Origin: the human T2T-CHM13v2.0 reference genome, Homo sapiens
DNA length: 64,000 nt
Assembly: GCF_009914755.1 (NCBI RefSeq)
Contig: NC_060940.1
Reading direction: 5' to 3' (one strand)
A program made the translations under genes and the position numbers. Positions 12,225 to 25,200 of the stretch are shown in pieces. The stretch's first letter is position 1; every line of letters starts with the position of its first letter. A model generated the notes under the pieces. It worked only from the letters and a program-made list of their open reading frames with translations, made no database searches and was not told where the DNA came from.

Positions 12225-15200
12225 TACCATTCAATTCCATTCGTTGATGCTTCCATTCAAGTGCATTAGATGATATCATTCGATTCCATTTGATGATAAT
12301 TCCATTTGATTTCATGCGATGATTCTATTCGATTCCATTCAATGATAATTCCATTCAATTCAGTGATTCCTCTGGACTCCATTTGATGATGATTCCATTC
12401 AATGATTCCATTCGATTCTATTCGAAAATGATTCCATTTGAATCCATTTGATGATGATTCCATTAGATTCCATTTGATGATTCCATTCGATTCCATTCGA
12501 CGATGATTCCATTCGATTCCGTTTGATGATTCCATTCTATTCTATTCGATGATGATTCCATTCGATTCCATTCGATGATGATTGGATTCGATTCCATTTG
12601 ATGATTTCATTTGATTCCATTCGTTAATGATTTCGATCAATTCCATTCGATGATTCCATTCGATTCCATTCGATAATGATTACATCCGAGTCCATTCGAT
12701 GATTCCCTTTGAGCCTGTTCGATAATTCCTTTTGAGTCCAACCAATGATTTCATTCATTTCCATTCAATGATTCCATTCGAGTCCATTTGATCATTCCGG
12801 TAGGGTCCATTCGATGTTGATTCCATTGGAGTGCATTCGATGATTCCATTCGAGTCCATTTTAGGATTTGATTCGAGTCCTTTCGATGATTCCATTCGAT
12901 TCCACTCAATGATGATTTCATTCGAGTCCATTCGACACTTCCAATCGATTCCATTTGATGATTCCATTCGAGTCCAATTGATGATTCCATTCAATTCCAT
13001 TCGATGATGATTCCGTACGATTCCATTCTGTGATGATTCCATGTGATTGCATTCAAAGATGATTCCTTTCGATTGCATTCAATTATGATTCATTTCGTGT
13101 TCATTCTATGGTTCCACAGGTTTCCATTCGTGTCCATTCCATTATTCCATTCTATTCCATTTGATGATGATTCCATTCGATTCCATTCATTGGTGATTCC
13201 ACTCAATTCCATTCAATGATTCCATTCCATTTCTTTCAACAATGATTCCATTAGTTTCTAATCGATGATCCACTTGATTCCATTTGACGACGATTCCATT
13301 CTTGTCCATTCGATGTTTCCATTTGATTCCATATGATGATGATTCCATTCGATTCCATACCATGATGATTCCATTCGAGTCCATTCAATGGTGATTCCAT
13401 TCAATTCCATTCGATGATTCCTTTTGATTCCATTCGATGATGATGGCATTCGATTCCTTTCAATCATTCCCTTTGATTCCATTCAAAGGTGATTTCATTC
13501 AAGTCCATTCGATAATTGCATTCGATTCCATTCTATGATGATTCCATTCGAGTCCATTTGATGATTCCATTCAATTCAAGTCAATGATGATTCCATTCGA
13601 TTCCATTCGATGATTCCATTGGATTCCATTCGATGATGATTCCATTCAAATCCATTCGATAATTCAATTCAAGTCCATTCGATGATGATTCCAATCGAAT
13701 CCATTCAAAGATTCCATTCAGTTCCATTCGATGATTCCCTTAGATTCCATTCGATGATTCCACTTGATTGCATTTACGATGATTCCATTCGATTCCATGT
13801 GATGATTCCATTCAATTCTATTCAATGATGTCTCCATTTGATTCCATTCGACCATGATTGCCTTTGATTCCATTCAATGATTCCATTCGGTTCCGTTTGA
13901 TGATGATTCCGTTCGATTCCATTTGATGATTCCATTTGATTCCATTGGATGAGTCCATTCGATTACATTCGATGATTATTCCATTCGAGTGCATTAGATG
14001 ATTCCATTCGAGTCCATTCGATGATTCCATTCGATTCCATTCGATGTTGATTCTGTTCAAATCCATTCGATGATTCCACTCGATTCCATTCGTTGACTCC
14101 ATTTGATCCCATTCGATGATTTCCTTTGATTCCCTTTGATGATCATTCCATTTGATTCAATTCGGTGATTTCATTTGATTCCATTCAGTGATGTTTCCAT
14201 TCGACTCCATTCGATGATGATTCCATTCGACTCCATTCGATTATGATTTCATTCAATTCCATTCGATAATGATTCCCTTCGAGTCCATTCGATGATTCCA
14301 TTCGATTCCATTCAACGATGATTTGATTCGTGTCCATTCGATGATTCCATTTGATTCCACTTGATGATGATTCCATTCGAGTCCATTTGATGATTCCATT
14401 CAATTCCATACTCCGATGATTTCTTTTGAGCCCACTCAATGCTTCCACTCGATTCCATATGATGATGACTCCATTCGATGAAATTCGATGATGATTCCAT
14501 TTGCTTGCTTTCGATGATGATTCCACTTGAGTCCGTTAGAAGATTCTATTCAATTACATTCCATGACGATTCCGTTCGAGTCCATTTGATGATTCCATTA
14601 GACTCCATTCGACGATGATTCCATTCGATGTTATTCGATGATTCCATTCGACCTCATTCGATGATGATTCCATTCAACTCCATTCGATGTTTCCATTCGA
14701 GTTCATTCTATTATTCCATTAGATTCCATTCGATGATGATTCCATTCGATTCCATTTGATGATTGCATTCTATTTCATTTGATGATGATTCCATTCGAGT
14801 CCACTCGATGATTCCATTCGAGTCCATTCCATGATTCCATTAGTGTACATTTAATGATTGCTTTGTTTTCAATTCGAAGATGATTACATTGGATTCCATT
14901 CTATGATACCATTCGATTCCATTCAATGATGATTCCACTCAAATCTATTGGATGATTCCATTCGTGTCCATTCGGTGATTTCATTAGATTCCATTCGAGG
15001 ATGATTCCATTCGATTCCATTCGATGATTCCATTCAATTCCATTCGATGATGATTCCATTCCAGTCCATATGATCATTCCATTTGATTTCATTCGATGAT
15101 GATTCCATTCGATTCCATTCGACGATTCCATTCTATTCCATTCGATGATGATTCCATTCGAGTCCATTCGATCATTCCATTCGAGTCCATTTAATGATTC

Positions 15201-16073
15201 CATTGGGTTCAATTCAATGATGATTACATTGGATTCCGTTCTATGATTCCATTCAATTCCGTTCATTGACAATTTGATTCCATTCGATGATGATTCCATT
15301 TGAGTTCATTCGATGATTCTATTCGATTCTCTTCGATGGTGATTCAATTCTATTATATTGGATGATTCCATTCGATTCCATTTGATGTTGATTCAATTCG
15401 ATTCTATTCGATGATGATTCCATTGGATTTCACTTGATGATTCTATTCGATTCCATTCAATGATGATTCACTTCTCGTCCATTGGATGATTCCATTTCAT
15501 TCCATTCGATGATGATTCCATTCGATTCCATTCGATGATTCCATTTGATTCCATGCGACGGTGAGCAATTCGATTCAATTCCATGATGATTCTATTTGAT
15601 TCAATTAGATGATGTTTCCATTCGAATCCATTCCATGATTATTCCATTGGAATCCATTCGGCGATGATTCCATATGAGTCAATTCAATGATGATTCCATA
15701 TGGGTCCGTTCGATGATAATTCCATTTGATTTCATTCGATGCTTCTATTCTATTCCAGTCGATGATGATTCCGTTGGAGTCCATACGATGATTCCATTTG
15801 ATTTCATTTGATGATGATTCCATTCGATGATGATTACATTGGATTCCATTCTATGATTCCATTCAATTCCATTCGTTGATGATTCGATTCCATTCAATGA
15901 TGATTCCATTTGAGTTCATTCGATGATTCTATTCGATTCCGTTCGATGGTGATTCAATTCTATTATATTGGATGATTCCAGTCGATTCCATTTGATGATT
16001 ATTCCATTGGAGTCCACTTAGTGAATCCTTTAGATTCTACTCGACGATGATTCCATTCGAGTCCATTCGATGA
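12225..16073 (+). repeat. Short unit U3, 3849 bp (2263-bp deletion)
   Basis: ORF end 12535 to 16384 = 3849. Unit position ~2604 is joined to ~4868 at 14809-14828. Confidence 0.93.
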
Positions 16074-19000
16074 TACCATTCAATTCCATTCGTTGATGCT
16101 TCCATTCAAGTGCATTCGATGATATCATTCGATTCCATTTGATGATAATTCCATTTGATTCCATGCGATGATTCTATTCGATTCCATTCAATGATAATTC
16201 CATTCAATTCAGTGATTCCTCTGGACTCCATTTGATGATGATTCCATTCAATGATTCCATTCGATTCTATTCGAAAATGATTCCATTTGAATCCATTTGA
16301 TGATGATTCCATTAGATTCCATTTGATGATTCCATTCGATTCCATTCGACGATGATTCCATTCGATTCCGTTTGATGATTCCATTCTATTCTATTCGATG
16401 ATGATTCCATTCGATTCCATTCGATGATGATTGGATTCGATTCCATTTGATGATTTCATTTGATTCCATTCGTTAATGATTTCGATCAATTCCATTCGAT
16501 GATTCCATTCGATTCCATTCGATAATGATTACATCCGAGTCCATTCGATGATTCCCTTTGAGCCTGTTCGATAATTCCATTTGAGTCCAACCAATGATTC
16601 CATTCATTTCCATTCAATGATTCCATTCGAGTCCATTTGATCATTCCGGTAGGGTCCATTCGATGTTGATTCCATTGGAGTGCATTCGATGATTCCATTC
16701 GAGTCCATTTTAGGATTTGATTCGAGTCCTTTCGATGATTCCATTCGATTCCACTCGATGATGATTTCATTCGAGTCCATTCGACACTTCCAATCGATTC
16801 CATTTGATGATTCCATTCGAGTCCAATTGATGATTCCATTCAATTCCATTCGATGATGATTCCGTACGATTCCATTCTGTGATGATTCCATGTGATTGCA
16901 TTCAATGATGATTCCTTTCGATTGCATTCGATTATGATTCATTTCGTGTTCATTCTATGGTTCCACAGGTTTCCATTCGTGTCCATTCCATTATTCCATT
17001 CTATTCCATTTGATGATGATTCCATTCGATTCCATTCATTGGTGATTCCACTCAATTCCATTCAATGATTCCATTCCATTTCTTTCAACAATGATTCCAT
17101 TAGTTTCTAATCGATGATCCACTTGATTCCATTTGACGACGATTCCATTCTTGTCCATTCGATGATTCCATTTGATTCCATATGATGATGATTCCATTCG
17201 ATTCCATACCATGATGATTCCATTCGAGTCCATTCAATGGTGATTCCATTCAATTCCATTCGATGATTCCTTTTGATTCCATTCGATGATGATGGCATTC
17301 GATTCCTTTCAATCATTCCCTTTGATTCCATTCAAAGGTGATTTCATTCAAGTCCATTCGATAATTGCATTCGATTCCATTCTATGATGATTCCATTCGA
17401 GTCCATTTGATGATTCCATTCAATTCAAGTCAATGATGATTCCATTCGATTCCATTCGATGATTCCATTGGATTCCATTCGATGATGATTCCATTCAAAT
17501 CCATTCGATAATTCAATTCAAGTCCATTCGATGATGATTAAAATCGAATCCATTCAAAGATTCCATTCAGTTCCATTCGATGATTCCCTTACATTACATT
17601 CGATGATTCCACTTGATTCCATTTACGATGATTCCATTCTATTCCATGTGATGATTCCCTTCAATTCTATTCAATGGTGTCTCCGTTTGATTCCATTCGA
17701 CCATGATTGCCTTTGATTCCATTCAATGACTCCATTCGGTTCCTTTTGATGATGATTCCGTTCGATTCCATTTGATGATTCCATTTGATTCCATTGGATG
17801 AGTCCATTCGATTACATTCGATGATTATTCCATTCGAGTGCATTAGATGATTCCATTCGAGTCTATTCGATGATTCCATTCGATTCCATTCGATGTTGAT
17901 TCTGTTCAAATCCATTCGATGATTCCACTCGATTCCATTCGTTGACTCCATTTGATCCCATTCGATGATTTCCTTTGATTCTCTTTGATGATCATTCCAT
18001 TTGATTCAATTCGGTGATTTCATTTGATTCCATTCAGTGATGTTTCCATTCGACTCCATTCGATGATGATTCCATTCGACTCCATTCGATTATGATTTCA
18101 TTCAATTCCATTCGATAATGATTCCCTTCGAGTCCATTCGATGATTCCATTCGATTCCATTCAACGATGATTTGATTCGTGTCCATTCGATGATTCCATT
18201 TGATTCCACTTGATGATGATTCCATTCGAGTCCATTTGATGATTCCATTCAATTAAATACTCCGATGATTTCTTTTGAGCCCACTCAATGCTTCCACTCG
18301 ATTCCATATGATGATGACTCCATTCGATGAAATTCGATGATGATTCCACTCGCTTGCTTTCGATGATGATTCCACTTGAGTCCGTTAGAAGATTCTATTC
18401 AATTACATTCCATGACGATTCCGTTCGAGTCCATTTGATGATTCCATTAGACTCCATTCGACGATGATTCCATTCGATGTTATTCGATGATTCCATTCGA
18501 TCTCATTCGATGATGATTCCATTCAACTCCATTCGATGTTTCCATTCGAGTTCATTCTATTATTCCATTAGATTCCATTCGATGATGATTCCATTCGATT
18601 CCATTTGATGATTGCATTCTATTTCATTTGATGATGATTCCATTCGAGTCCACTCGATGATTCCATTCGAGTCCATTTAATGAATCCATTGGTTTCAATT
18701 CTATGATGATTACATTGGATTCCATTCGTTGATGATTTCATTCGGTTCCATTCAATGATGATTCCATTCAATTCCTTTCAATGTTTCCATTCAATTCCAT
18801 ACGATGATGATTCCATTTGATTTGATTCGACAGTGAGCCATTCGATTCAATTCCATGATGATTCTATTTGATTCAATTGGTTGACATTTCCATTCGATTC
18901 CATTCGATGATGATTCCCTTTGATTCCGTTCAAAGATGATTCCATTCTAGCCCATTCAATGATTCCATTCGATTCTATTCAATGATGATTCCATTCATGT

Positions 19001-22000
19001 CGATTTGGTGATTCCATTTGACTTCATTTGATGATGATTCCTTTCAAGTTCATTAGATGATTCCATTCGATTCCATTTGATGATGATCCCATTCGAGTCC
19101 ATTCAGTGATTCCATTCGTTTCCATTCCATGATGATTCCATTCCTTTCCATTCAATGATTCCATTCGATTCCGTTTGATGATGATTTCATTCGAGTCCAT
19201 TTGATGATTCCATTTGATTCCATTCGATGATGATTCCATTCGAGTCCATTTGATGATTCTATTCGAATCCATTTGATGATTTCTTTTGATTATATTTGGT
19301 GATGATTCCATTGGAGTCCATTCAATGATTCCATTCTATTCCCATCGATGATGATTCCATTAGAGTCCATTTAATGATTCCATTTGATTCCAGTCTCTGA
19401 TGATTACATTCGAGTCCATACGATGATTCCACTCAATTCCATATGATGATGATTCCATTTGATTCCATTCGGTGATTCCATTCTATTCTATTCAATGGTG
19501 ATTCCATTCGAGTACATTAGATGATTCCATTCGATTCCATTCAATGATGATTCTATTTGTGTCCCTTAGATGATTCCACATGATTCCATTAGATGATGAT
19601 ACTATTTGAGCCCATCCAATGATTCCCTTCGATTCCATTCGATGAGGATTCCATTCGATTCAATTCATTGGTGATTCTATTCAATTCAATTCTTTGATTC
19701 CATTCCATTCCATTCGACAATGATTCCATTCGATTTCTTTCGATGATTCCACTCGATTCCACTTGACATTGATTCCATTCGATTCCATTCAATGATTCCA
19801 TTTGATTCCAGTGGATGATGATTGCCATCGATTCCATTCGATCACTCCATTCTATTCCATTTGATGATGATTACATTCGATTCCATTTGATGATTCCATC
19901 TGATTCTATTCGAGGATTCCATTTGATTCCATTCGATGATGATTCCATTCGAGTCCATTCGATGATTTCATTCGAGTACATCCAATGATTCCATTCGAGT
20001 CCATTAGATGATTCCATTTGATTCCATTTGAAAATGATTCTACTAGAGTCCATTCAATGACTCCATTCGAGTCCATTCAACAATTCCATTCGACTCCATT
20101 CGATGATTCCATTCGATTCCATTTGATGGTTCCATTCGAGTCCATTTAATCATTACAGTCGAGTCCATTTGGTGATTCCACTGGATTTCCTTTGATAATG
20201 ATACCATTCAATTACATTTGATGATGATCCCATTCAATTTCATTTGATGATGATTCCATTAGAGTCCATTCGATGATTTCATTCGAGTCCCTTCATTGAT
20301 TCCATCCGATTTCATTGGATGATGACTCCATTCGAGTCCATTCGATGATTCCACTCGATTCCATTAGATGACTCCATTGGAGTCCATTTGATTGTTCCAT
20401 TCGATTCCATTCGATTCCTTTCGAAGATTATTCCATTTGAGTCCATTCGATGATGATTCCATTCCATTCCATTCGATGATTCCGTTTGATTCCATTCGAT
20501 GATTCCCTTCGATTCCTTTCTTTGATGATTCCATTCCATTCCATTCGATGATTCCGTTTGATTCCATTCGATGATTCCCTTCGATTCCTTTCTTTGATGA
20601 TTCCATTCCATTCCATTCAATGATTCCATTCGAATCTATTCCATGATGATTCCTTTCGATTCCATTCGCTGATGTTTCCGTTCAATTCCATTCGATGATG
20701 ATTCCATTCGATTCCATTCATTGAGGATTCCATTTGATTCCATTCAATGATGATTCCATTCTATTCCATTCAATGATTGCATTCAATTCCATTCAATGAT
20801 TATCCCATTAGAGTAAACTCAACGATTCCATTCAATACCATTCGATGATGATTCCTTTTGAGTCCATTCAATGATTTCATTCAAGTCCATTTGATGATTC
20901 CTTTCAATTCCATTCTATGATGATTCCATTCGAGTCCATTCGATGATTCCATTCGATTGCATTCAATGATTCCATTATATTCCATTCAACAGTGATTCCA
21001 TTCGAGTCCATTCCATGATTCCATTAGAGTACATTTAATGATTGCTTTGTTTTCAATTCGAAGATGATTACATTGGATTCCATTCTATGATACCATTCGA
21101 TTCCATTCAATGATGATTCCACTCAAATCCATTGGATGATTCCATTCGTGTCCATTCGGTGATTTCATTAGATTCCATTCGAGGATGATTCCATTCGATT
21201 CCATTCGATGATTCCATTCAATTCCATTCGATGATGATTCCATTCCAGTCCATATGATCATTCCATTTGATTTCATTCGATGATGATTCCATTCGATTCC
21301 ATTCGACGATTCCATTCTATTCCATTCGATGATGATTCCATTCGAGTCCATTCGATGATTCCATTCGAGTCCATTTAATGATTCCATTGGGTTCAATTCA
21401 ATGATGATTACATTGGATTCCGTTCTATGATTCCATTCAATTCCGTTCATTGACAATTTGATTCCATTCGATGATGATTCCATTTGAGTTCATTCGATGA
21501 TTCTATTCGATTCTCTTCGATGGTGATTCAATTCTATTATATTGGATGATTCCATTCGATTCCATTTGATGTTGATTCAATTCGATTCTATTCGATGATG
21601 ATTCCATTGGATTTCACTTGATGATTCTATTCGATTCCATTCAATGATGATTCACTTCTCGTCCATTGGATGATTCCATTTCATTCCATTCGATGATGAT
21701 TCCATTCGATTCCATTCGATGATTCCATTTGATTCCATGCGACGGTGAGCAATTCGATTCAATTCCATGATGATTCTATTTGATTCAATTAGATGATGTT
21801 TCCATTCGAATCCATTCCATGATTATTCCATTGGAATCCATTCGGCGATGATTCCATATGAGTCAATTCAATGATGATTCCATATGGGTCCGTTCGATGA
21901 TAATTCCATTTGATTTCATTCGATGCTTCTATTCTATTCCAGTCGATGATGATTCCGTTGGAGTCCATACGATGATTCCATTTGATTTCATTTGATGATG

Positions 22001-22257
22001 ATTCCATTCGATGATGATTACATTGGATTCCATTCTATGATTCCATTCAATTCCATTCGTTGATGATTCGATTCCATTCAATGATGATTCCATTTGAGTT
22101 CATTCGATGATTCTATTCGATTCCGTTCGATGGTGATTCAATTCTATTATATTGGATGATTCCAGTCGATTCCATTTGATGATTATTCCATTGGAGTCCA
22201 CTTAGTGAATCCTTTAGATTCTACTCGACGATGATTCCATTCGAGTCCATTCGATGA
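16074..22257 (+). repeat. Long unit U4, 6184 bp (72-bp tandem duplication), mosaic A/B
   Basis: ORF 16106 to 22290 = 6184. The duplicated segment is visible at 20451-20594. Confidence 0.93.
20451..20594 (+). repeat. Perfect 2 x 72-bp tandem duplication private to U4
   Basis: TGATGATTCCATTCCATTCCATTC starts at 20451, 20523 and 20595. The usual 81-aa pseudo-ORF becomes 105 aa (+24 codons). Confidence 0.93.
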
Positions 22258-25200
22258 TACCATTCAATTCCATTCGTTGATGCTTCCATTCAAGTGCATT
22301 CGATGATATCATTCGATTCCATTTGATGATAATTCCATTTGATTCCATGCGATGATTCTATTCGATTCCATTCAATGATAATTCCATTCAATTCAGTGAT
22401 TCCTCTGGACTCCATTTGATGATGATTCCATTCAATGATTCCATTCGATTCTATTCGAAAATGATTCCATTTGAATCCATTTGATGATGATTCCATTAGA
22501 TTCCATTTGATGATTCCATTCGATTCCATTCGACGATGATTCCATTCGATTCCGTTTGATGATTCCATTCTATTCTATTCGATGATGATTCCATTTGATT
22601 CCATTCGATGATGATTGGATTCGATTCCATTTGATGATTTCATTTGATTCCATTCGTTAAGGATTTCGATCAATTCCATTCGATGATTCCATTCGATTCC
22701 ATTCGATAATGATTACATCCGAGTCCATTCGATGATTCCATTGGAGCCTGTTCGATAATTCCATTTGAGTCCAACCAATGATTCCATTCATTTCCATTCA
22801 ATGATTCCATTCGAGTCCATTTGATCATTCCGGTAGGGTCCATTCGATGTTGATTCCATTGGAGTGCATTCGATGATTCCATTCGAGTCCATTTTAGGAT
22901 TTGATTCGATTCCTTTCTATGATTCCATTCGATTCCACTCGATGATGATTTCATTCGAGTCCATTCGACACTTCCAATCGATTCCATTTGATGATTCCAT
23001 TCGAGTCCAATTGATGATTCCATTCAATTCCATTCGATGATGATTCCGTACGATTCCATTCTGTGATGATTCCATGTGATTGCATTCAATGATGATTCCT
23101 TTCGATTGCATTCGATTATGATTCATTTCGTGTTCATTCTATGGTTCCACAGGTTTCCATTCGTGTCCATTCCATTATTCCATTCTATTCCATTTGATGA
23201 TGATTCCATTCGATTCCATTCATTGGTGATTCCACTCAATTCCATTCAATGATTCCATTCCATTTCTTTCAACAATGATTCCATTAGTTTCTAATCGATG
23301 ATCCACTTGATTCCATTTGACGACGATTCCATTCTTGTCCATTCGATGATTCCATTTGATTCCATATGATGATGATTCCATTCGATTCCATACCATGATG
23401 ATTCCATTCGAGTCCATTCAATGGTGATTCCATTCAATTCCATTCGATGATTCCTTTCGATTCCATTCGATGATGATGGCATTCGATTCCTTTCAATCAT
23501 TCCCTTTGATTCCATTCAAAGGTGATTTCATTCAAGTCCATTCGATAATTGCATTCGATTCCATTCTATGATGATTCCATTCGAGTCCATTTGATGATTC
23601 CATTCAATTCAAGTCAATGATGATTCCATTCGATTCCATTCGATGATTCCATTGGATTCCATTCGATGATGATTCCATTCAAATCCATTCGATAATTCAA
23701 TTCAAGTCCATTCGATGATGATTATAATCGAATCCATTCAAAGATTCCATTCAGTTCCATTCGATGATTCCCTTAGATTCCATTCGATGATTCCACTTGA
23801 TTCCATTTACGATGATTCCATTCTATTCCATGTGATGATTCCCTTCAATTCTATTCAATGGTGTCTCCATTTGATTCCATTCCACCATGATTGCCTTTGA
23901 TTCCATTCAATGACTCCATTCGGTTCCTTTTGATGATGATTCCGTTCGATTCCATTTGATGATTCCATTTGATTCCATTGGATGAGTCCATTCGATTACA
24001 TTCGATGATTATTCCATTCGAGTGCATTAGATGATTCCATTCGAGTCCATTCGATGATTCCATTCGATTCCATTCGATGTTGATTCTGTTCAAATCCATT
24101 CGATGATTCCACTCGATTCCATTCGTTGACTCCATTTGATCCCATTCGATGATTTCCTTTGATTCCCTTTGATGATCATTCCATTTGATTCAATTCGGTG
24201 ATTTCATTTGATTCCATTCAGTGATGTTTCCATTCGACTCCATTCGATGATGATTCCATTCGACTCCATTCGATTATGATTTCATTCAATTCCATTCGAT
24301 AATGATTCCCTTCGAGTCCATTCGATGATTCCATTCGATTCCATTCAACGATGATTTGATTCGTGTCCATTCGATGATTCCATTTGATTCCACTTGATGA
24401 TGATTCCATTCGAGTCCATTTGATGATTCCATTCAATTAAATACTCCGATGATTTCTTTTGAGCCCACTCAATGCTTCCACTCGATTCCATATGATGATG
24501 ACTCCATTCGATGAAATTCGATGATGATTCCACTCGCTTGCTTTCGATGATGATTCCACTTGAGTCCGTTAGAAGATTCTATTCAATTACATTCCATGAC
24601 GATTCCGTTCGAGTCCATTTGATGATTCCATTAGACTCCATTCGACGATGATTCCATTCGATGTTATTCGATGATTCCATTCGATCTCATTCGATGATGA
24701 TTCCATTCAACTCCATTCGATGTTTCCATTCGAGTTCATTCTATTATTCCATTAGATTCCATTCGATGATGATTCCATTCGATTCCATTTGATGATTGCA
24801 TTCTATTTCATTTGATGATGATTCCATTCGAGTCCACTCGATGATTCCATTCGAGTCCATTTAATGAATCCATTGGTTTCAATTCTATGATGATTACTTT
24901 GGATTCCATTCGTTGATGATTTCATTCGGTTCCATTCAATGATGATTCCATTCAATTCCTTTCAATGTTTCCATTCAATTCCATACGATGATGATTCCAT
25001 TTGATTTGATTCGACAGTGAGCCATTCGATTCAATTCCATGATGATTCTATTTGATTCAATTGGTTGACATTTCCATTCGATTCCATTCGATGATGATTC
25101 CCTTTGATTCCGTTCAAAGATGATTCCATTCTAGCCCATTCAATGATTCCATTCGATTCTATTCAATGATGATTCCATTCATGTCGATTTGGTGATTCCA

